DNA of 64,000 nt, from NCBI GenBank assembly GCA_902511005.1, contig CABXDN010000002.1, forward strand, positions 4,403 through 68,402, written 5' to 3'. The translations under genes were made by a program, and so were the position numbers. Numbering within the stretch: the first letter of the stretch is position 1; the number at the start of each line of letters is the position of its first letter. The stretch comes from an uncultured Candidatus Poseidoniales archaeon. Lineage in GTDB: Archaea > Thermoplasmatota > Poseidoniia > Poseidoniales > Thalassarchaeaceae. The notes under the pieces were generated by a model. The model was not told the origin of the DNA. It did no database searches and saw only the letters and a program-made list of their open reading frames with translations. Below, piece after piece: positions 18,745 through 26,598 of the stretch.

Positions 18745-21270
18745 ATGAGTATTGAAAGACTGGGTCTGTCTCCAAATTTAATTGATTTATTAAAGAATAA
18801 ATGGGGAATAAAAGAACTATACCCCCCACAAAAGAAGGCTTTACCCGCCGCTCTTTCAGGAAAGAACATAATGTTGACCATACCCACTGCAAGTGGTAAA
18901 TCTCTTGTTGCTCATCTTACCATCGCTCACAGGTTAAAGAATGATTTAGAGATGCAAAAAGCACTGTACGTAGTTCCTCTAAAAGCACTAGCTTCTGAAA
19001 AATATAATGAATTGAAAGAAATCGCTGAAGTAGTCGGATTAAAAGTAGGTATTGCAATTGGAGATAGAAATAGTCAGAATAACTCTATTGATGATTCGGA
19101 CATACTAGTTTGTACTAGTGAAAAATTAGACTCACTACTGAGAAATCGCTCTGATATAATTTCTAAAATAGGTATAGTTGTGAGTGATGAATTTCATTTA
19201 TTACATGATCCGGGAAGGGGCCCTACACTGGAAGTTCTAATTTCAAGAATTCGCCATAAGAGACCTAGTGCCCAGATTATTGCTTTATCTGCAACAGTTG
19301 GAAATTGTGAAGAATTAGCGAAATGGTTAGATGCAGAACTTATACAATCTGAATGGAGGCCTGTGACATTACATTCGGGAACTATTACAGATTTACAAGT
19401 GAAGGTACATAGAATAGATGGAAAGGGAAATGATGAATGGCCAGAACCTAGAATTATAGAAGGAAATTCAGGTAAGAACTTACAGGCAGCATTAGATGAT
19501 ACAATAAAAGAAAATGGTCAGTTACTAATATTTGTGAATTCTAGGGTTGGGGCGCAAAAAGAGGCAAGAGAATTATCTAAACATATTATTAAAAAAATCA
19601 AAAAGGATGAGTTTTCTATTGACGAGGATCAAATAAAGGAACTTGAAAACTTTGCTGAATCATTAATCCAAGGAGAAGATAGTTCTGCTTTAGTAAAGAA
19701 GTTAGCTAATGCAGTAAAAGGGGGCATCGCTTTTCATCATGCAGGTTTGACCACCGATCAAAGAAATAAGATTGAAGAAAAATTCAAAAAAGGGAAATTA
19801 TACTGTATTGTAGCAACACCAACCTTGGCTCAAGGTGTTAATTTACCAGCTAGAAGGGTAGTGATTAGGGATGTAAAGAGATGGAATACATCTGCTGGGA
19901 GAAATATGCCTATGCCAATAATGGAAATTAGACAAATGCTAGGTAGAGCCGGTAGACCAAAGTATGACCAAAAAGGAGATGCTTGGATTCTATCAAAAAA
20001 TATTGATGAAGAACTTAAATTTGTAGAACATTTCTTGCTTAGTGAACCAGAAGAAATAATATCTAAATTAGCAAATCCTAATGCGCATAGTGCTGAAGAA
20101 GACCCTGCACTATTGACACATATTCTTTCATTGATTGCAACTAGTGATATGAATGATAGGAATTCATTAGGTCGATTCTTCAGTAAAACATTTCTTTCGA
20201 CTCATATGGAATCAGAAGCATTAGAAAATCAAATCGATAGAGTGATAAAATGGCTTTTTGAAAATAAAATGATAATTAAAGATGGAGAGTCCGAAGAAGT
20301 TAGGAAAAGAATTGTTTTAGATAAAACTACAAAATCATCTGAAGAAAATTGGAATGACGAGATTCCGGCTTGGGCGAGCTCAGCATCAGATGTTGATGGT
20401 GTAGAAATTAATGATAAACAAGATAAACACAACTCTGAGATTACTCCAAGGAAAGGCCCGCCTATATTTGGATTTAAAAAGGCAAGTAACTATCAAGTTG
20501 AAGATATTGAAAAACCCGATCCACAGAGTATGGTTTACTCAGCAACACCACTAGGCCTGAGGGTTTCAAGATTATATCTAAATCCAATTTCTGGTAAAAT
20601 AATTAGAGAAGGATTAGTTAATGCAATGAAAATCTTAACAGGTATTGATGAGCAAAAACAAATTTCTCCGTTTAGTTTGTTACACTTAGTAACATGTACT
20701 CCGGATTTTGTACCTTTATGGCCACAAAAGAAAGATTTAGAGAAAATTCAAGACGCTATATTCGGTCATGAAAGAGAATTACTTACCAATAGTGTTGACT
20801 TGGATGATGAAAGGAGAATGAAAGGAGTTTTAGTATTACAATCTTGGATTGAGGAACTCAGTATAAGTGATCTAGAAGAAGAATGGAATGTTCAACCAGG
20901 AGATCTAAGAAGTAGAGTAGATTTAGCAGAATGGCTCTTATATTCCACGAGAACAATTTTAATGGACGATATCGAATTAAAGAATATGGACAAGAATTCT
21001 CATCGTGTTCTATTTGAGGCTGTAGATGAGATTCATAGAAGAGTGAGATATGGTTGTAAATCAGATTTGTTGGCCCTAATCTCTCTCAAAGGAATTGGAA
21101 GAGTAAGAGCTAGAGAAATGGTAAGTCTATTAGGAGTCACCAACGTGAATGATATCGCTTCTTTAACAGAAAATGATAAAATGAAGCTTTCAGGATTAAG
21201 AGGTTGGAGCACGAAACTTGTAAATAATACTGTAAATAATGCGTTGCGGATAGCTAAACGTATGAAATGA
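18745..21270 (+). CDS. hel308: Ski2-like ATP-dependent DNA helicase Hel308/Hjm
   Basis: LYPPQKKAL (Q motif), TASGKS (I), DEFH (II), SAT (III), HHAGL, ATPTLAQGVNLPA and MLGRAGRP (VI), with a C-terminal HhH-like domain. The ORF opens at 18712 and I chose the Met at 18745. Confidence 0.85.
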   Translation: MSIERLGLSPNLIDLLKNKWGIKELYPPQKKALPAALSGKNIMLTIPTASGKSLVAHLTIAHRLKNDLEMQKALYVVPLKALASEKYNELKEIAEVVGLKVGIAIGDRNSQNNSIDDSDILVCTSEKLDSLLRNRSDIISKIGIVVSDEFHLLHDPGRGPTLEVLISRIRHKRPSAQIIALSATVGNCEELAKWLDAELIQSEWRPVTLHSGTITDLQVKVHRIDGKGNDEWPEPRIIEGNSGKNLQAALDDTIKENGQLLIFVNSRVGAQKEARELSKHIIKKIKKDEFSIDEDQIKELENFAESLIQGEDSSALVKKLANAVKGGIAFHHAGLTTDQRNKIEEKFKKGKLYCIVATPTLAQGVNLPARRVVIRDVKRWNTSAGRNMPMPIMEIRQMLGRAGRPKYDQKGDAWILSKNIDEELKFVEHFLLSEPEEIISKLANPNAHSAEEDPALLTHILSLIATSDMNDRNSLGRFFSKTFLSTHMESEALENQIDRVIKWLFENKMIIKDGESEEVRKRIVLDKTTKSSEENWNDEIPAWASSASDVDGVEINDKQDKHNSEITPRKGPPIFGFKKASNYQVEDIEKPDPQSMVYSATPLGLRVSRLYLNPISGKIIREGLVNAMKILTGIDEQKQISPFSLLHLVTCTPDFVPLWPQKKDLEKIQDAIFGHERELLTNSVDLDDERRMKGVLVLQSWIEELSISDLEEEWNVQPGDLRSRVDLAEWLLYSTRTILMDDIELKNMDKNSHRVLFEAVDEIHRRVRYGCKSDLLALISLKGIGRVRAREMVSLLGVTNVNDIASLTENDKMKLSGLRGWSTKLVNNTVNNALRIAKRMK

Positions 21271-21306
21271 CCAGTATCCTTCTTGAATTAGAGCCTATCG
21301 CAGCAT

Positions 21307-21870
21307 ATGAACATGCATGAGCAGCCTCCTTGGTTCCCAGCTTGGGGGATAAAATTCATAAATGGAATTAACGACACTAATAGGATGCTGTCAATGTTCA
21401 ACAAATTAAAATCAGATAATCGTTGGTTACTTTTGGCATTCGATGTCGCAGCTAGTGAAAGACATTTGTGGACTGCGTGGTACTCAACAAAAAGAAATGA
21501 AAAAAATGGTAAAATGATTGCAAATAGTATGGATGCTGAGTTTATTAGATTAGTAGCTGGAACTCATCAGGTAAAAATTGCATTCAATAACGCAGGGATA
21601 CGTGAAGGTGATGAAGCAGCATGGATTATCAGACTACCTGAGTCAGACATAGGAAGTGGAATTGATGAAGTTTTTATTAACCGAGATTCATATAATGACT
21701 ATGATTCAGAAGCTAATATCTTAATTGAAAAAATGGGAGGAGAATTGATTAGTCAAAGACCGGTTGCTACTCTGAGAGGGCTAATGAGAATCGAGTATGA
21801 CAAGCAAGTTAATGAGACTCAATCATTAGAAGAATGTTTCATTTCACACCTAGTTTCCTCAAAAATATAA
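21307..21870 (+). CDS. possible KEOPS subunit Cgi121-like protein
   Basis: Weak by-eye resemblance only: LLLAFDVAASERHLWTAWYST...MIANSMDAEFIRLVAGTHQVKIAFNNAGIREGD resembles the Cgi121 core (lld..v.s..hl..A...A / sle.E.ll..sG.rqI..Ai...Gi). Confidence 0.4.
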   Translation: MNMHEQPPWFPAWGIKFINGINDTNRMLSMFNKLKSDNRWLLLAFDVAASERHLWTAWYSTKRNEKNGKMIANSMDAEFIRLVAGTHQVKIAFNNAGIREGDEAAWIIRLPESDIGSGIDEVFINRDSYNDYDSEANILIEKMGGELISQRPVATLRGLMRIEYDKQVNETQSLEECFISHLVSSKI

Positions 21871-21936
21871 TTGAAGAAGAAAAACTCAGAGGGGCAAACT
21901 GATATGCAAGGGCTATGAGCAACGGATAGGGATAAT

Positions 21937-22185
21937 ATGGCGAAATACTACGGTTATAGGAATTGTTCACATTGTGGAATCGAATGTACACCCGGAAACT
22001 ATCTTGATTACAGCGGGAAGAGATACTGTACCGCCTGTTGGATTCAGCATGAGAATCCAGATCATCCAGATCTAGACGCCATAAGAGAAAAAGTACAGCA
22101 TGCAGTCACAGTTTGGAAACTTGCTAAATATTCTCGTGATGAATATCATCTTCCTGTTGGTCCGAAATCAATCAATAAGAGGTGA
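21937..22185 (+). CDS. small zinc-ribbon protein (CxxC-x17-CxxC)
   Basis: NCSHCGIECTPGNYLDYSGKRYCTACW. The ORF ends 6 nt before the next gene. No family was recognised. Confidence 0.4.
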   Translation: MAKYYGYRNCSHCGIECTPGNYLDYSGKRYCTACWIQHENPDHPDLDAIREKVQHAVTVWKLAKYSRDEYHLPVGPKSINKR

Positions 22186-22191
22186 AAATAG

Positions 22192-23895
22192 TTGACCTTC
22201 ATACCCGATGAATTTGATGCGTCGAAATGGGAAAACATCGAGCCCTATGTTAATGATTTATTAGAAAGAAAATTAAGCTCCTCGGATTGTTTAGAAAGTC
22301 TTATTTCTGATTCATCGAATTTAGCAGAACACATCTCAGAAACAGGAGCGCTTCTTTACATCAATATGACATGCGATACTGAAGATGAGAGGAAGAAAAA
22401 TTCATTCCTAAGTTTTGTAGAGAATGTAAGACCTAAACTTTCGAAATTTTCTGATGAATTAAATCGCAGAATCATAGACCATAAATCAATTGCAGATCTG
22501 CCGACGAGATATGACCTAATGATTAGAGGGATAAAATCAGATATTGAAATTTTTAGAGAAGAAAATATACCTTTAGGAGTTGAACAAACTAAGTTAGTAA
22601 CAAAGGCCCAAGGAATAACTGGTGCGATGACGGTTGTTTTTGAGGGAAAAGAAAGAACTTTTCCTGAGATGAGAGGGTTTTTAGAATCAAATGACCGGAT
22701 ACAGAGAGAAAATGCTTGGAAATCTATGGTTAAAAGATGGATGGAAAATTCCGAAGAATTATCAGATATTTTTGATGAATTAATATCTATTAGGCATAAA
22801 ATAGCATTGAATTCTGGATTTAAATCATATACAGATTATATGTTTAGGGCCATGCATAGATTTGATTACACTGTAGAAGATTGTCTGACATTCCATGAAT
22901 CAATTGAACAAGTTTGTATGCCAATAGTAAAGAAAATAAATTCAGAAAGAATCGCCTCATTCGATCTGAAAATATTATCTCCCTGGGATGTAAATGAAAA
23001 ATCAGGTAGTGGTCCTGATATAGCCGGGAAAAATCCATTGAGACCTTTTGATAATGTTGATGAAATGGTTAATAAATTATCTGAACTATTCCATAACATG
23101 TCAAATGATCTAGGCACTAAATTTGATAAATTAGTTGAAATGGACACTTTAGACCTAGAAACTAGGAAAGGAAAAGCCCCCGGAGGATACCAGTATTACT
23201 TAGAGAAAAGCAGAATTCCATTTATATTCATGAATGCTGCTGGTTTACAAGGCGATTTAGAGACTATGATTCATGAATCGGGACATGCATTTCATTCTCT
23301 TTATTGCGGCCACTTAGACTTGATTGATGAAAGAGACTATCCTATTGAATTCGCAGAAGTTGCATCAATGTCAATGGAATTATTGACACAGCCAAATTGG
23401 AATATATTTTATGAAAAACAAGATGATGCCAATAGAGCGAAAATTAGCCATCTTGAAGGCGTAGTATTCCTGTTACCATGGATCGCCACTATTGACGCAT
23501 TCCAGCATTGGATTTATGCTAACCCTGGACATACAAGAGAAGAAAGAAAAATACAATGGATATCCCTAAGAGAAAGATTTGGGTCAGAAATGAATTGGGA
23601 AGGTCATGAAGATTTCAGAGAGCTGTCCTGGCAACAACAAGGACATCTATTTGGGGTCCCATTTTACTATGTAGAATATGGCATTGCACAATTAGGAGCC
23701 TTGCAGTTATGGCAAACACATAGGAAAAATCCAGAAAAGGCTCTAAAAGATTATTCAAATGCTATGGAATTAGGAAATACAAAAACATTACCTGATTTAT
23801 TCGCAGCTGCAGAACTAAAATTAGGCTTTGATGAAAAGCATCTACAATCATTAATTGGTGAAGTAGAAGTCGCAATGTCTGAAATTAAAAATTAG
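22192..23895 (+). CDS. pepF: M3-family oligoendopeptidase (PepF-like)
   Basis: HESGHAFH zinc motif with a downstream EFAEVASMSME glutamate block, and a length typical of M3B. TTG start as given in the ORF track. Confidence 0.85.
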   Translation: MTFIPDEFDASKWENIEPYVNDLLERKLSSSDCLESLISDSSNLAEHISETGALLYINMTCDTEDERKKNSFLSFVENVRPKLSKFSDELNRRIIDHKSIADLPTRYDLMIRGIKSDIEIFREENIPLGVEQTKLVTKAQGITGAMTVVFEGKERTFPEMRGFLESNDRIQRENAWKSMVKRWMENSEELSDIFDELISIRHKIALNSGFKSYTDYMFRAMHRFDYTVEDCLTFHESIEQVCMPIVKKINSERIASFDLKILSPWDVNEKSGSGPDIAGKNPLRPFDNVDEMVNKLSELFHNMSNDLGTKFDKLVEMDTLDLETRKGKAPGGYQYYLEKSRIPFIFMNAAGLQGDLETMIHESGHAFHSLYCGHLDLIDERDYPIEFAEVASMSMELLTQPNWNIFYEKQDDANRAKISHLEGVVFLLPWIATIDAFQHWIYANPGHTREERKIQWISLRERFGSEMNWEGHEDFRELSWQQQGHLFGVPFYYVEYGIAQLGALQLWQTHRKNPEKALKDYSNAMELGNTKTLPDLFAAAELKLGFDEKHLQSLIGEVEVAMSEIKN

Positions 23896-23919
23896 TCGGA
23901 CAAGCTGGGATTTGAAAGA

Positions 23920-24921
23920 TTAATCCGTCAAACCCTCAGCTGTCACGGTAAAGACCGCTTCGCCTTCAGGAAGATTAGGGCTATCAATTAAACGTGCTAT
24001 ACGCCTACCACCCTTAGATTTCCTTAGATAAAGTCGGAATGTACTTGCGTGACCTACTATATGTCCACCTATCGCTTTTGTTGGATCTCCCCATAGAGCA
24101 GCAGGGTTAGACATAACTTGATTAGTAACTAATATCAAAGCATTTTGAACATCAGAAAGTTGTTTTAATTCTTTCAAATGGCGATTTAATTTTTGTTGCC
24201 TTGAAGCGAGCATTCCTCGACCTACATATTCAGCTCGGAAATGACTTGTTAATGAATCTACAATAACCAGTTTGACATCTATGGACTTTGACATTCTTTT
24301 TATTTCATCTACCAATAGCATCTGATGTGCTGAGTTGTATGCTCTTGCTACATGGATTCGGTCCAACGCATCTTGAGGAGACATACCCACTGCCTCGGCC
24401 ATCTGGGCGATTCTCTCTGGGCGGAAAGTATCTTCAGTATCAATATAGAAAACCTCCCCATTAAGTCCACCTTGAGATAATGGCAGTATTGTGTTAACTG
24501 CTAATTGGTGTCCAATTTGTGTTTTACCACTACCAAATTCACCGAATACTTCACAAATTGACTGTGTCTCAAATCCACCGCCTAATAATTCATCTATAGA
24601 TGCAGTTCCAGAAGTTAATTTCTGGACTGTTTTACGTCTATCAAGTAGTGCATTACCACTAATAAAACCACCAATATTTGCTAATTTCTTGGCTGCTTGA
24701 ATTATTTTTGATGATACGGCTTCCCCGAGTTCTGCTTGCTCAGCAAGCTCCATTGGACTCATTACTGCTATAGCTAATAATTCTTCAAATCCGGCTTCTC
24801 TAAGCTTTTCTGCGGTGGCTGGACCAACCCCCGGAAGATCTTCGATAGTCATCTCTGGTTCATCTATGTCAATTGTTATTTCATCTTCGTCCATATTCTC
24901 ACTTGCTGTTTTCTTTGCCAT
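23920..24921 (-). CDS. radA: DNA repair and recombination protein RadA
   Basis: N-terminal HhH ([17 protein letters not shown]), Walker [10 protein letters not shown], Walker B LVIVDSL. AAGGTGAT Shine-Dalgarno 3 nt upstream of the ATG. Confidence 0.95.
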   Translation of the reverse strand: MAKKTASENMDEDEITIDIDEPEMTIEDLPGVGPATAEKLREAGFEELLAIAVMSPMELAEQAELGEAVSSKIIQAAKKLANIGGFISGNALLDRRKTVQKLTSGTASIDELLGGGFETQSICEVFGEFGSGKTQIGHQLAVNTILPLSQGGLNGEVFYIDTEDTFRPERIAQMAEAVGMSPQDALDRIHVARAYNSAHQMLLVDEIKRMSKSIDVKLVIVDSLTSHFRAEYVGRGMLASRQQKLNRHLKELKQLSDVQNALILVTNQVMSNPAALWGDPTKAIGGHIVGHASTFRLYLRKSKGGRRIARLIDSPNLPEGEAVFTVTAEGLTD

Positions 24922-24992
24922 CTAATCACCTTGTTATGATACTGCGGGATATTAGAAGGTATATGAATAAATGAAAGGCCCCTGTATATTAT

Positions 24993-25043
24993 TGAAAGTG
25001 AAAAAAATGACTATCGGCTCTTAGTTGCCTTTTTTTTCACTTT
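24993..25043 (-). terminator. 13-bp perfect inverted repeat (AAAGTGAAAAAAA / TTTTTTTCACTTT) with a 25-nt loop; candidate terminator downstream of the tRNA
   Basis: Arms are at 24993..25005 and 25031..25043. Complementarity was checked base by base. On the minus strand the hairpin contains a T7 run, and oligo-T is the archaeal termination signal. It lies between the tRNA 3' end and the radA promoter region. Confidence 0.4.
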
Positions 25044-25060
25044 AAGTTTTAATTTAGTTT

Positions 25061-25138
25061 TGGTATCGAGTGGTGGATTTGAACCACCGGTCTCCGGGTT
25101 ATGAGCCCGACGAGATAACCTGACTACTCCAACTCGAT
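25061..25138 (-). tRNA. initiator tRNA-Met (anticodon CAT), CCA encoded
   Basis: Hand-folded reverse complement: ATCGAGT TG GAGT AGTCAGGTTA TCTC G TCGGG CTCATAA CCCGG AGACC GGTGG TTCAAAT CCACC ACTCGAT A CCA. It has a 7-bp acceptor stem with A1:U72, A11:U24, and G29-31:C39-41. These are archaeal initiator signatures. Confidence 0.9.
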
Positions 25139-25158
25139 AGAAGGCGCTGACTACTTGC

Positions 25159-25167
25159 TTATTTGAA
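25159..25167 (-). promoter_or_regulatory. TATA-like box (TTCAAATAA on the minus strand) 21-29 nt upstream of the tRNA 5' end
   Basis: Position and AT-rich composition fit an archaeal TATA box at about -26. This is a sequence-only guess. Confidence 0.3.
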
Positions 25168-25245
25168 TACGTCTAGAAAGATTTTTCACAACAACGTATG
25201 ATAACAGTCATGGGGTGTCAGTTAACCCGCTATTACTGAGACACC

Positions 25246-26598
25246 ATGGAGAATGGATTGGTAATACAAAATTCAATGATGGTTCTCCCACATGGAATTG
25301 TGGAAGGTGACCTTCGAGTCACTGATGGTTTAATCAAAACTATTGCACCTCAGGGCGGTTTACAACCAAGAGTCGGAGAACTTGTAATTGATGGTACTGG
25401 ACTGCATTTATTGCCAGGTGCGATAGATCCACATGTTCATTTTAGAGACCCAGGGCATCCTGAAAAAGAAGACTTGGAGAGTGGCAGTCGGGCTGCAGCA
25501 GCTGGAGGTATTACTTCATTCCTGGATATGCCAAATACATTACCAAATGCTACTAATCGAACGGCTTTAGAAGCAAAAATTGCGTCTGCATCTAAAAAAG
25601 CGGTCACACACCATGGTTTCTTTATTGGAGCTACGACAAATAATGTACCTGATTTACAAAGTGTAGAAGGAATGGATGGAGTCTGTGGAATTAAAATCTT
25701 CATGGGAAGCAGCACAGGAGATTTGCTCGTACATGAACAAAAGCATCTAGAGAACATTTTTGCAAATACGGGAGGCATTATTGCAACTCATGCAGAAGAT
25801 GAGAATCGACTGCAATCGAGAATTCCAGAGTTTGAACATCGTACAGATATTGCTGCGCATGCAGAATATCGAGATATCGAGTGTGCACTTTTAGCAACTA
25901 AACGTGCTTCGGCTTTGGCAAAAGATCACGATCATCGTCTACATATTGTTCATTTAACGAGTGGAGCAGAGGCAGATTGGTTAGCCTCAAACAAAGGGGA
26001 ATTAATAACAACTGAAGTCTGTACACAGCATCTCACTTTCGATCAAGATGATGTAGAAGAACTAGGTGTTCGAGCATTAATGAATCCACCAATTCGTTAT
26101 TCTGAGGATAAAGAAAAACTATGGGAACGCCTCAAAGACGGTACTATTGATTGCATAGTCACAGATCATGCACCACATACACTTCAATCAAAGTCAATTG
26201 GATTTCCAAAAGCCCCTGCAGGGATGCCAGGGGTTGAAACTTCTCTTCCCTTGATGCTTACACATGCAATGGATGGGAAATGTACGGTATCCGATGTTGT
26301 GCGCTGGATGTGCGCAGGGCCAGCCAAGGTCTATGGAATTAAAAATAAGGGGTCTTTAATTGAAGGATTTGATGCAGACCTTACCTTAGTTGACCTAGAA
26401 ACTAGTAGAACAATACAAGACTCAGACACATGGACGAGAGTTGGTTGGACACCCTATGCAGGACGTTCTTTGACTGGCTGGCCGATGTATACTATTGTAG
26501 ATGGAAAAGTTGTTCATTCACGGGTAAGAAATGGAGAACTGAGAGGAGATATAGTTGCGACACCGGGCAGTGCAGGTAGACCTCTAATTTTTGAATAA
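25246..26598 (+). CDS. pyrC: dihydroorotase (cyclic amidohydrolase superfamily)
   Basis: LPGAIDPHVHFRDPG (HxH), GITSFLDMPNT, KIFMGSSTG (carbamylated-Lys position), VHL and VTDHAPH metal ligands. Confidence 0.85.
   Translation: MENGLVIQNSMMVLPHGIVEGDLRVTDGLIKTIAPQGGLQPRVGELVIDGTGLHLLPGAIDPHVHFRDPGHPEKEDLESGSRAAAAGGITSFLDMPNTLPNATNRTALEAKIASASKKAVTHHGFFIGATTNNVPDLQSVEGMDGVCGIKIFMGSSTGDLLVHEQKHLENIFANTGGIIATHAEDENRLQSRIPEFEHRTDIAAHAEYRDIECALLATKRASALAKDHDHRLHIVHLTSGAEADWLASNKGELITTEVCTQHLTFDQDDVEELGVRALMNPPIRYSEDKEKLWERLKDGTIDCIVTDHAPHTLQSKSIGFPKAPAGMPGVETSLPLMLTHAMDGKCTVSDVVRWMCAGPAKVYGIKNKGSLIEGFDADLTLVDLETSRTIQDSDTWTRVGWTPYAGRSLTGWPMYTIVDGKVVHSRVRNGELRGDIVATPGSAGRPLIFE

Noticed and set aside
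18627-18892. Two minus-strand ORFs (86 and 76 aa) across the thioesterase/hel308 junction.
   Set aside because: They are antisense to the conserved Hel308 N-terminus (Q motif/Walker A region) and to the thioesterase 3' end, and they have no motifs.
20270-20520. An intein as the explanation for the extra length of Hel308.
   Set aside because: The insert is low-complexity and acidic. It lacks intein blocks: no Cys/Ser/Thr-initiated splicing junction, no HN-C/S/T terminus and no LAGLIDADG motif.
24922-25245. tRNA-adjacent integrated element or genomic-island boundary.
   Set aside because: The flanks are core genes (radA, pyrC). I noticed no integrase and no direct repeat of the tRNA 3' end.
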